From the NCBI GenBank assembly GCA_964480525.1, contig CAYZOV010000005.1, forward strand, positions 4,963 to 68,962: a stretch of DNA of 64,000 bases, in the 5' to 3' direction. This document shows, piece after piece, positions 38,414 through 46,639 of this stretch (the stretch's first letter is position 1; each line of letters starts with the position of its first letter). The notes under the pieces were generated by a model. The model worked only from the letters and a program-made list of their open reading frames with translations. It ran no database searches and was not told where the DNA came from. This DNA comes from an uncultured Ruminococcus sp. GTDB taxonomy: Bacteria; Bacillota; Clostridia; Oscillospirales; Ruminococcaceae. The position numbers and the translations under genes are program-made.

Positions 38414-39340
38414 TTATGTAACAAGTTTAACAAGCCGTCCGCACATACTTCCTTTTCCCAGCAAAGCCACACAGTCAAAAACGCCGTCTTTCAAAAGTTT
38501 TGAAATAGTAACACGTTTTTTGGCTTCGTCGTAATCGTTGCAATGTGCCGTCGCAACAAGCTTAACCCCTGAATTTATAACGTATTCCAAAGCTTTTGTA
38601 TCTTCTTTGGAGCCTATTTCATCAACAACCAGTATTTCAGGCGACATTACTTTTACAGCAGTCATAATTCCGTCAAACTTGTTATAAAAGCAAAAAACGT
38701 CGGTATAGTTTCCTATGTGGTTTTGCGCAATCCCGTTAATTGTTGATGAAATTTCGTTTCTCTCGTCGATAAGGGAAATTCTGTGACTATTTCCTAAAGT
38801 GTTGCACAAATCTCTAAGAATCGTAGTTTTCCCCGAACACGGCGGTCCGATAATCAGCAGACTTTTTATTTCATCAGCAAAACATTTATTAAAAATTTCG
38901 TCGGAACAACCGAGTATTTCTCTGGCAATTCTGATATTTACGGCAGAAACGTCTTTTATTGTGTCTACGCTTCCCTCTCTCATAGGGTTCATTACAGCGT
39001 GTCCGCAAAAGCCGACCCTGTTACCGCCTTTTATGGTTATGAATCCCTGTGATATTTCACGTTTAAAACTATGAATTGAATTTTGAAAAGCGCTGTTAAA
39101 CACAAAATCCATTTCTTCTTTATGTATTCTCATAGCATTTTGGCAATTTCTTGTTAAAACGCCGTTTTCCGTTACAAAATATTCCTTATCAAAAACAGTT
39201 ACAGACAAAAACCTCGCTAATCTTAGGCGAATATCCTGAACACGATTTCGTTCAATATCAGGAATCTTTTCAACAGCATTTCTTAATCGTATAGGTAAAA
39301 TATCCAAAGCATACGCAAGTTTTGAATTTGACGCAAACAT
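38414..39340 (-). CDS. spoIIIAA: Stage III sporulation protein AA (secretion-type ATPase)
   Basis: 308 aa. GPPCSGKTT Walker A, VVDEIG Walker B; first gene of the cluster. Confidence 0.9.
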   Translation of the reverse strand: MFASNSKLAYALDILPIRLRNAVEKIPDIERNRVQDIRLRLARFLSVTVFDKEYFVTENGVLTRNCQNAMRIHKEEMDFVFNSAFQNSIHSFKREISQGFITIKGGNRVGFCGHAVMNPMREGSVDTIKDVSAVNIRIAREILGCSDEIFNKCFADEIKSLLIIGPPCSGKTTILRDLCNTLGNSHRISLIDERNEISSTINGIAQNHIGNYTDVFCFYNKFDGIMTAVKVMSPEILVVDEIGSKEDTKALEYVINSGVKLVATAHCNDYDEAKKRVTISKLLKDGVFDCVALLGKGSMCGRLVKLVT

Positions 39341-39371
39341 TTTTCAGTTATCCTTTCTGCTTATTTGTACA

Positions 39372-39399
39372 AGCTTATGCTTATACAAAATGAAATATT
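39372..39399 (-). promoter_or_regulatory. SigE-like promoter of the spoIIIA operon
   Basis: AATATT, 14 nt, CATAAGCT (consensus kmATATT-N14-CATACAnT), 32 nt upstream of the spoIIIAA ATG. Confidence 0.4.
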
Positions 39400-39411
39400 C
39401 TAAATTTAAAA

Positions 39412-39444
39412 ATAAAAAAAAGCAAGGAAAAAATCCTTGCTTTT
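39412..39444 (-). terminator. Terminator of the zinc-ribbon protein gene, upstream of the spoIIIA promoter
   Basis: AGCAAGGA-loop-TCCTTGCT stem followed on the minus strand by a U8 run. Confidence 0.8.
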
Positions 39445-39460
39445 AACGTATTATTTGTTT

Positions 39461-40210
39461 TTAATAAATCCAATCCGGAACTTGTCTTTGTGTTGTTGAG
39501 TAAATATATTCAAGGTCGTTATCCAGCACCACGCTAAGCGTCATTCCCTGTTGGTCGTCGTATTCATTTTCGTAATAATACCTGTAATCATACGAAACGG
39601 TCGTCGAAGTATAGGAAATAGCAAATGGGTCAATCTTAATTTCTTTGTTTACGGTCTTGAATCTATCGCCGATAACAAACTTATCCAGATTGATTTCCTT
39701 GTCGGTTTTTACACCTTTAGGATTACTTTTAAGCACCTTAAAGTCAACGTATTTGATTTCTTTTATTACGTCGTCATCTGAAGAAAACACAAAAACAGCC
39801 CACTTAGGATAATTAACGCCGTCAATTTCCACAGCTTTTTCGGATTCGATAACATAATCAAATTCGCACAAAAAATTTACTGCGTCAAACTGTGATTCGT
39901 CGGCAAAATATTCGTCGGTTTCGTTTATAGCAACTTTAATCGGAGAATCAATATATTCTTTAAGTTCATCTGCAACATTAAGACCCGTGTTATTATCCAC
40001 TCTCTTAGCAATAATTATGACAACAAGAATAATAAGCAACGTTGCTATTGCACCGATTAAAAACTTGATTTTAACTTCTTTCGGAATCGGTTTTTTCTCT
40101 TTTTTTGAATGGCAATTTTTATGTTTTTTGTTTTTGCGGATTTTTTTGTCGCACACTTCACATCTAACAGAATTATCGGGAATTTCGCTTTTACATCTCG
40201 GACAAGTCAT
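39461..40210 (-). CDS. Zinc-ribbon, single-pass membrane protein of unknown function
   Basis: 249 aa from MTCPRCKSEIPDNSVRCEVCDKK (CxxC-x9-CxxC), then a Lys-rich linker, one TM segment and an extracytoplasmic domain. Has its own terminator. Confidence 0.6.
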   Translation of the reverse strand: MTCPRCKSEIPDNSVRCEVCDKKIRKNKKHKNCHSKKEKKPIPKEVKIKFLIGAIATLLIILVVIIIAKRVDNNTGLNVADELKEYIDSPIKVAINETDEYFADESQFDAVNFLCEFDYVIESEKAVEIDGVNYPKWAVFVFSSDDDVIKEIKYVDFKVLKSNPKGVKTDKEINLDKFVIGDRFKTVNKEIKIDPFAISYTSTTVSYDYRYYYENEYDDQQGMTLSVVLDNDLEYIYSTTQRQVPDWIY

Positions 40211-40240
40211 ATAAAACATTCCTTTCTGAACATAATTTTA

Positions 40241-42472
40241 TCACAAAGTTATCTGGTCAGGGTCCTCCATATCTTTTGCAAAACCTCCTGCTGCAGGAAG
40301 ATTCTTAACCTTATATTTGCTAAGTTCTTTTGCCTTTTCTTCGGTAATCACATACGCTTTTTCAAGCAATGATTTTGCTTTCAGCGTCATTGCCTGCACA
40401 CCTATTGTATCTCTGGTTGTCTTAGGCGATACCATAGCCGAATTAAACACTATAACACGGCCGTTTGTGGAACGGGTCATGATAAATTCGTTTTCTTCAA
40501 CAAAAAGAATATCTACAAGCGGAGATTTTGCCGAATAAGCATTAGCAAGCTTTTTTCTGTTTGTTTTTGTTTCGTAAGCATTAAGCGGAACTTTGGCGAT
40601 TTTTCCGTTTGCATAAAAGAACAGCAAATATCCCGAATAGTCATTTGTCGTAATCATCATTCTGACATTTTCCCCGTCGTCAAATCCCAACGTTGCGGCG
40701 ATAAAATCACCCATAGCGCTGGCTTTTGTGTCGGCAAACTGCGAAGCTTTTGCTTTATAAACAGTCGCCTGGTCGGTGAAAAACAGAATTTCGGTTTTGT
40801 TTGTACCCTCAACCTCTTGTATAATTTCGTCGCCGTCTTTTAGCTTATGAACATTCGACATACGCAAGGATTGTGGAGTAATTTTTTTGAAATATCCGCT
40901 TCGGGACAAGAAGAATTTACAAGCATAATCAGGCGTTTCTTCAATTATTTCTTCATCATCTTCAACAGTTTCCAAAATAAGAGTTTTTCTCGGCTGTCCG
41001 TATTTTTTAGAAACCTCTTTAAGTTGTTCGATAATCAAATTCTTAATTCTTCGGTCACTTTGCAGAATATCTTCAAGGTCTTGAATTTCTTTAATCAAAT
41101 CTTCAATTTCGGAAGTGCGCTTTAAAATGTACTCTCGGTTAAGGTGTCTAAGCTTAATTTCCGCTACATATTCCGCCTGAATTTCGTCAATAGAAAATCC
41201 AATCATAAGGTTTGGCACAACTTCAGCTTCTTCTTCGGTTTCACGAACAATTCTGATAGCCTTGTCAATATCCAAAAGAATAAGTTCAAGACCTTTTAAA
41301 AGATGAAGCTTGTCCTTTTTCTTTTTAAGGTCAAAAACTATGCCACGTTTTATACATTCCTTTCTAAATTCAACCCATTCTTTCAAAATATCATAAACGC
41401 CCAAAACCTTTGGGTATCCGTGAACAAGAATGTTAAAATTGCAGGAATATGTGTCTTGCAAAGGTGTGCATTTGTAAAGCTTGTTCATGAATTTGTCTGG
41501 GTCAATACCACGTTTGAGGTCAATGGCGATTTTCAAACCGTTAAGGTCTGTTTCGTCACGAATAGCTGTGATTTCTCTGATTTTTCCAAGCTTAACAAGT
41601 GAAATAACCTTTTCAATTATAGCTTCGATTGTGGTTGTTGCCGGGATTTCCGTTATTTCGATACAATTTGAAGATTTATCATAATTATATCTGGCACGAA
41701 GTTTAACAGAGCCACGACCCGTTTTGTAAATTTTATCCAGTTCTTCCTCGTCATAAATCATGAACGCACCGCCTGCAAAGTCAGGGCCTTTAAGTGTTTC
41801 CAATGCGTTAAAGTCAGGATTTCGCATAAGATTTATGGTTGTTTCGCAAATTTCCGAAAGATTAAACGAACAGATAGAGCTAGCCATAGAAACGCCGATA
41901 CCCACGTTTGCATTTACGAGAACAGACGGATAAGTAACGGGCAAAAGCGACGGTTCCATAAGTGTATTATCATAGTTAGGCACAAAATCCACGGTATCCT
42001 TGTCGATTTCTCGGAAAAGTTCATTACAGATAGGTTCAAGTTTTGCTTCGGTGTAACGAGAAGCGGCATAAGCCATATTTTTAGAATAAGCTTTTCCGAA
42101 GTTTCCTTTACTCAACACATACGGGTGCAGCAAAGATTCATTTCCCCTTGCAAGACGCACCATTGTTTCGTAAATTGCACTGTCGCCATGAGGGTTAAGC
42201 TTCATTGTTTGTCCGACAATATTTGCAGATTTAGTAAGCGAACCTGTAAGCAGACCCATTTTATACATGGTATACAAAAGCTTTCTGTGCGACGGTTTAA
42301 ATCCGTCAATTTCGGGAAAAGCTCGGGATACAATTACACTCATTGCATAAGGCATATAATTTTTTTCCAAAGTGACGGTAATAGGCTCCTCAACCACCGT
42401 TCCCGCACCTTCGATATACGCATTTGATTTTACAACAGGTTTATTTTCAATTTCTTTTTTCTTTCTTGCCAT
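40241..42472 (-). CDS. Divergent type IIA DNA topoisomerase subunit A (ParC/GyrA-like)
   Basis: 743 aa. YAMSVIVSRAFPEIDGFKPSHRK, NPHGDSAIYETMVR, catalytic-Tyr context AASRYTEAKL. Short C-terminal domain with no GyrA-box recognised. Confidence 0.85.
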   Translation of the reverse strand: MARKKKEIENKPVVKSNAYIEGAGTVVEEPITVTLEKNYMPYAMSVIVSRAFPEIDGFKPSHRKLLYTMYKMGLLTGSLTKSANIVGQTMKLNPHGDSAIYETMVRLARGNESLLHPYVLSKGNFGKAYSKNMAYAASRYTEAKLEPICNELFREIDKDTVDFVPNYDNTLMEPSLLPVTYPSVLVNANVGIGVSMASSICSFNLSEICETTINLMRNPDFNALETLKGPDFAGGAFMIYDEEELDKIYKTGRGSVKLRARYNYDKSSNCIEITEIPATTTIEAIIEKVISLVKLGKIREITAIRDETDLNGLKIAIDLKRGIDPDKFMNKLYKCTPLQDTYSCNFNILVHGYPKVLGVYDILKEWVEFRKECIKRGIVFDLKKKKDKLHLLKGLELILLDIDKAIRIVRETEEEAEVVPNLMIGFSIDEIQAEYVAEIKLRHLNREYILKRTSEIEDLIKEIQDLEDILQSDRRIKNLIIEQLKEVSKKYGQPRKTLILETVEDDEEIIEETPDYACKFFLSRSGYFKKITPQSLRMSNVHKLKDGDEIIQEVEGTNKTEILFFTDQATVYKAKASQFADTKASAMGDFIAATLGFDDGENVRMMITTNDYSGYLLFFYANGKIAKVPLNAYETKTNRKKLANAYSAKSPLVDILFVEENEFIMTRSTNGRVIVFNSAMVSPKTTRDTIGVQAMTLKAKSLLEKAYVITEEKAKELSKYKVKNLPAAGGFAKDMEDPDQITL

Positions 42473-42516
42473 TTTAGATTTAGTTCTATTTAAGAACGTT
42501 CCTCCTATAATTTTAA

Positions 42517-44499
42517 TTAGCTAATATCTGCCATTTCCAAATAATCAACGCCGTTATTGGAAATAAATTCTTTTCTCGCAGGAAGATTATCACCCAAAAG
42601 CATATCAAACATAAACGCAGTATGTTCAATATCGTCAGGGTTAATTTTTATCAAACGTCTTGTTTCAGGATTCATTGTGGTTAAAGCCATCATTTCGGCG
42701 TCATTTTCACCAAGTCCCTTTGAACGTTGGATAGTAAATTTCTTGTCGCCGATAAGATTTAAAATCTTCACCTTTTCGTTTTCGTCATACGCAAAGTAGG
42801 TCTTTTCCTTTGTTGTAATTTCAAAAAGAGGTGATTCGGCAATATAAACGTACCCCTCGTTGATAAGCGTTGGAGTAAGTCTGTAAAGCATAGTCAAAAT
42901 AAGAGTTCTAATCTGGAATCCGTCATAATCTGCGTCGGTACAGATTACGATTTTATTCCATTTAAGCTGGTCAAGGTTAAACAGCGAAAGTTCTTTGTTT
43001 GCCTTTGTTTTAACTTCTACGCCACAACCCAAAACTTTAATAAGGTCGGTGATAATTTCGTTTTTGAAAATTTTATCATAATCGGCTTTAAGACAGTTTA
43101 GAATTTTACCTCTAACAGGTATAACAGCCTGAAATTCGCTGTCACGAGCCATTTTTACAGAACCGAGAGCCGAATCGCCCTCCACGATATAAAGTTCACG
43201 TTTTGTCAAATCCTTTGAACGGCAGTCAACGAATTTCTGAACCGAGTTCATCATGTCAATTGTACCCGAAAGTTTCTTTTTAATATTAAGTCTGGACTTT
43301 TCGGCACTTTCACGGCTACGCTTATTCACCATAATTTGTTCGCATATTTTTATTGCTTCGTCAGGATTTTCGATAAAATACACTTCCAAATTATGCTTGA
43401 TAAAATCAGTCATGCACTCTTGAATGAACTTGTTTGTAATTGATTTTTTCGTCTGGTTTTCATACGAAGTCTGGGTTGAAAAATTGCTTGATACAAGCAC
43501 CAAACAATCCTCAATATCTTCAAACTTTATCTTGCTTTCGTTTTTGTTATATTTGTTATTGGTTTTTAAATAGTTATCAATCTGATAAACAAAAGCGTTT
43601 CTCACAGCCTTGTCAGGCGAACCGCCGTGTTCAAGAAAACTGGAGTTATGATAATACTCTATTTTTTTAACCTTATTTGAAAAAGTAAACGACATCAAAA
43701 GCTTAACTTTGTATTCGGGTAAATCCTCTCTGTCTTTGCCCTTTCTCTCACCCGTCCACGTCTGAATAGATGTGAGATGTTCCCCGTCAACAATTTCATT
43801 TACATAATCTTCAATACCGTTTTCGTAAAAATAAGTATCTTCTTCAAAAGTGCCGTTTTCTGTTTGGTTTCTGAAAACAAACTTTATTTTAGGGTTAATA
43901 ACAGCTTGCTTTTTCAAAATATCCTGATAATACTCTTTGTCAATTTCTATATCGGTGAAAACTTCAAGGTCGGGTTTCCAACGGGTTTTTGTACCCGTTT
44001 TCTTCTTTCCCGTTTCTTCTTTTTTCAAACCGCCTACGTTATTTCCTTTTTCAAAATGTAGGCTATATTTAAATCCGTCACGGTTTACTTCAACGTCCAT
44101 AAATTCGGAAGAATACTGTGTAGCACAGGCACCTAGTCCGTTTAATCCCAACGAATACTCATAATTATCTCCGTCATTATTATATTTACCGCCGGCGTAA
44201 AGTTCGCAATAAACAAGTTCCCAGTTATACTTCCCCTCGGATTTGTTAAAATCCACAGGACAACCACGTCCGAAGTCCTCAATTTCGATAACATTATTGT
44301 TAAACCTTGTTACAATAATTTTGTCGCCATGCCCATCTCTTGCTTCGTCGATTGAGTTTGACAAAATTTCAAATATAGAGTGCTTGCAACCGTCCAAACC
44401 GTCCGAACCGAAAATAACCCCCGGACGTTTTCTAACTCTGTCGGCACCTTTAAGTGATACTATCGCTTCGTTGTCATATACCTGAGTTTTCTTAGCCAT
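42517..44499 (-). CDS. Divergent type IIA DNA topoisomerase subunit B (ParE/GyrB-like)
   Basis: 660 aa from MAKKTQVYDNEAIVSLKGADRVRKRPGVIFGS. GHKL ATPase motifs (EILSNSIDEA, LNGLGA) and TOPRIM motifs (YIVEGDSALGS, DADYDGFQI). Confidence 0.88.
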   Translation of the reverse strand: MAKKTQVYDNEAIVSLKGADRVRKRPGVIFGSDGLDGCKHSIFEILSNSIDEARDGHGDKIIVTRFNNNVIEIEDFGRGCPVDFNKSEGKYNWELVYCELYAGGKYNNDGDNYEYSLGLNGLGACATQYSSEFMDVEVNRDGFKYSLHFEKGNNVGGLKKEETGKKKTGTKTRWKPDLEVFTDIEIDKEYYQDILKKQAVINPKIKFVFRNQTENGTFEEDTYFYENGIEDYVNEIVDGEHLTSIQTWTGERKGKDREDLPEYKVKLLMSFTFSNKVKKIEYYHNSSFLEHGGSPDKAVRNAFVYQIDNYLKTNNKYNKNESKIKFEDIEDCLVLVSSNFSTQTSYENQTKKSITNKFIQECMTDFIKHNLEVYFIENPDEAIKICEQIMVNKRSRESAEKSRLNIKKKLSGTIDMMNSVQKFVDCRSKDLTKRELYIVEGDSALGSVKMARDSEFQAVIPVRGKILNCLKADYDKIFKNEIITDLIKVLGCGVEVKTKANKELSLFNLDQLKWNKIVICTDADYDGFQIRTLILTMLYRLTPTLINEGYVYIAESPLFEITTKEKTYFAYDENEKVKILNLIGDKKFTIQRSKGLGENDAEMMALTTMNPETRRLIKINPDDIEHTAFMFDMLLGDNLPARKEFISNNGVDYLEMADIS

Positions 44500-44848
44500 T
44501 TGATTCAGTTCCTTTCTCTTTTTCTTCGTTATCGAATAATTTGGCTGTGGCAGGAAGAATAATTGCAAAAGCACACAACAGCACACAGAAAATAAAAAAT
44601 CTAACAGAAAAATGCGCAAAAACATTTTTATACATAATAAAACCGATTCCCGCAAAATAAACTGCGCTGTTCACATAATTTAAGCCTTTTGAAAATACAG
44701 TTAAACACGCAGGAACAACAGCTATAAACCCAATTAGGGACGAAGCTTTAAATCCTATATTCCAAAGATTAAATAAGCTACCTGTAATAACAATTATAAG
44801 TCCGACAACAACCAAACCGACAAGCCGAACAACATACTTTTTATTCAT
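44492..44848 (-). CDS. Small 4-TM membrane protein, unknown function
   Basis: 118 aa, four hydrophobic spans. Stop overlaps the parE-like ATG by 8 nt. A consensus promoter lies upstream. Confidence 0.55.
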   Translation of the reverse strand: MNKKYVVRLVGLVVVGLIIVITGSLFNLWNIGFKASSLIGFIAVVPACLTVFSKGLNYVNSAVYFAGIGFIMYKNVFAHFSVRFFIFCVLLCAFAIILPATAKLFDNEEKEKGTESNG

Positions 44849-44888
44849 AAATATATCCTTTCATAACAAAATCTAACATACCACGTTA

Positions 44889-44917
44889 ATTATACCACAA
44901 AATAATTTTTTCGTCAA
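44889..44917 (-). promoter_or_regulatory. SigA-type promoter of the membrane-protein/parE-like/parC-like operon
   Basis: TTGACG, 17 nt, TGgTATAAT extended -10. Confidence 0.55.
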
Positions 44918-44971
44918 TTATTATTTTTTACAAAAAGTATAATCAATACAAAAAAACTGTGCCAATAAAAG

Positions 44972-45000
44972 TCATATAAAAAAGTTTGTCTGAATACAAT
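44972..45000 (+). promoter_or_regulatory. SigE-like promoter of sipL-like/spoIVA
   Basis: TCATATA, 14 nt, AATACAAT (consensus TCATATT-N14-CATACAAT), 56 nt before the ATG. Confidence 0.5.
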
Positions 45001-45055
45001 TGAGTATCAAATGCTGTTTGCATTAGTTAAATATTTGATAAATCGGGAGGAAATT

Positions 45056-46624
45056 ATGGACTTGAAATTCACCAAAGAAGCAATCATGGTCAAAGAAACC
45101 GTTTTGGACAACTGTTTTGAACAAGCGGTGGAAACAGATTACATTTTGCCTGATTATTACCCGGATATTTTCAGAGTTGTAAAATCACAAATAACAGCAA
45201 GAGTGATTTCTAACAGCATAATCGGAAACGATATGTCCGACAGCTCTAAAAAGTTGTGTTACGACACCGAGGCAATAATCAGAGTATGGTATTTGTCGGA
45301 AAATTCAAAAACGATAAACTGTATCGAACAAAAAATGAGTTTTTCCAAAAACGTTGAACTTACTGTTACGTCTGACAACCCTAAGATATACATTTGTCCG
45401 AAAACCGACTATGTAAATTGCAGAGTAATCAATAAACGCAGGCTTGACATAAGAGGTGCAATTTCCACAAAAATAAAAGTTTGCGACATAAAAAGCCAAA
45501 ACATAATCTGTGACGCAAATGGCGGAAATATTCAACTTAAAAAGAATACAGCAGTATTCCCGTCCAAAATAATTGTCAACTCAAAAAAAATAACGGTTAT
45601 TGAAGAACTGGAACTCGGAATTGCAAAACCGCCTATTTTGTCGGTTATTAAAGCCGATTGTAAAATTTTATCAAAAGAATACAAGGTTGTTTCAAGCAAG
45701 CTTGTTGTCAAAGGCGAAGCGGAAATTGATATGCTTTACACCTGCAGCAAAGACAACGAACACGGCATTGAGGGAATGAAATTCACCGTTCCGTTCAGTC
45801 AGATTATGGAAATTGACGGTATCGACGACAATTTCGACATAGACGTTGACATAAGCAAAATCGGTTGTGACGTGGTTACAAAAGGAAGTGGCGAATCGAC
45901 AAGTTTTGAATGTGAACTTATGCTGTTGGTAAACTGCACAGCTTCGGAATTAAAATCCTGCAACATAATTGAGGACGCTTATTCCACCACTTATGATTGT
46001 GAACTTGTTACAAATAACATCAAAATCGAAAACGCCGTTAAAAAAATCAGCGACAATGTAAATTGCAAAAAAACGCTAAGTTTGAACGATTCGGAAATTC
46101 ACGGCGTAATTGACTGCAACTGTGAAATTTCAAATATCGCCACACATTTCAGTCAGGAATCTAAATCGTTTATTATAAACGGAAATGTTGTATTTGAAAG
46201 CTTGGTCGAAACCAAAGACGGCTTCCCTGTGATAATCGAATCGGACAGCATTTTTGAACACACAATCGACTGCAACGGCTATTCCGACGCAGTTTATTTA
46301 GAACCGAAAATTTCAGTTTTGAATTATAATTTTGCAATGTCAAACGATAATTCCGTGGAAATAAGCGCCGAAATTCTTGTTGAGGGAACAATTATCGAAA
46401 AAGCAGACAAAAAGATTATAACAGACATTTGTATTAAATCCGAAAATAAAAAGGTATGCAATACAAACTGTGCATTAAAACTTTATTACGCTGATGAAAA
46501 CGAGGACATCTGGGAAATTGCAAAACGAAATTCCACGTCTGTTCAGGCTATTTTAGACGAAAACGAAACTTGCGGAGAAAAGTTGACAGACAAAGGTATG
46601 TTACTTATTCCTATTATAAATTAA
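45056..46624 (+). CDS. SipL/SpoVID-like spore-coat morphogenetic protein (DUF3794/SPOCS repeats + C-terminal LysM)
   Basis: 522 aa from MDLKFTKEA, with a GGGAGG RBS. Has the DYILPDYYPDI motif typical of DUF3794 and a C-terminal LysM-like segment (LYYADENEDIWEIAKRNSTSVQAILDEN....L..G..L.IP). Lies directly upstream of spoIVA. Confidence 0.65.
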   Translation: MDLKFTKEAIMVKETVLDNCFEQAVETDYILPDYYPDIFRVVKSQITARVISNSIIGNDMSDSSKKLCYDTEAIIRVWYLSENSKTINCIEQKMSFSKNVELTVTSDNPKIYICPKTDYVNCRVINKRRLDIRGAISTKIKVCDIKSQNIICDANGGNIQLKKNTAVFPSKIIVNSKKITVIEELELGIAKPPILSVIKADCKILSKEYKVVSSKLVVKGEAEIDMLYTCSKDNEHGIEGMKFTVPFSQIMEIDGIDDNFDIDVDISKIGCDVVTKGSGESTSFECELMLLVNCTASELKSCNIIEDAYSTTYDCELVTNNIKIENAVKKISDNVNCKKTLSLNDSEIHGVIDCNCEISNIATHFSQESKSFIINGNVVFESLVETKDGFPVIIESDSIFEHTIDCNGYSDAVYLEPKISVLNYNFAMSNDNSVEISAEILVEGTIIEKADKKIITDICIKSENKKVCNTNCALKLYYADENEDIWEIAKRNSTSVQAILDENETCGEKLTDKGMLLIPIIN

Positions 46625-46639
46625 GGAGGAAATGACAAT

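Noticed and set aside
39461-40210. Possible relationship between the two zinc-ribbon membrane proteins (39461-40210 and 53395-54045).
   Set aside because: They share only the generic N-terminal CxxC...CxxC ribbon. Their topology (1 TM versus 4 TM segments) and the rest of their sequences are unrelated, so I do not treat them as paralogues or as parts of one system.
44500-44655. 52-aa N-terminal extension of the parE-like ORF (MRESVLLCIKMFL...).
   Set aside because: It is read in a different frame over the same DNA as the small membrane-protein gene. The conserved GyrB/ParE N-terminus begins at MAKKTQVYDNEAI (ATG 44499).
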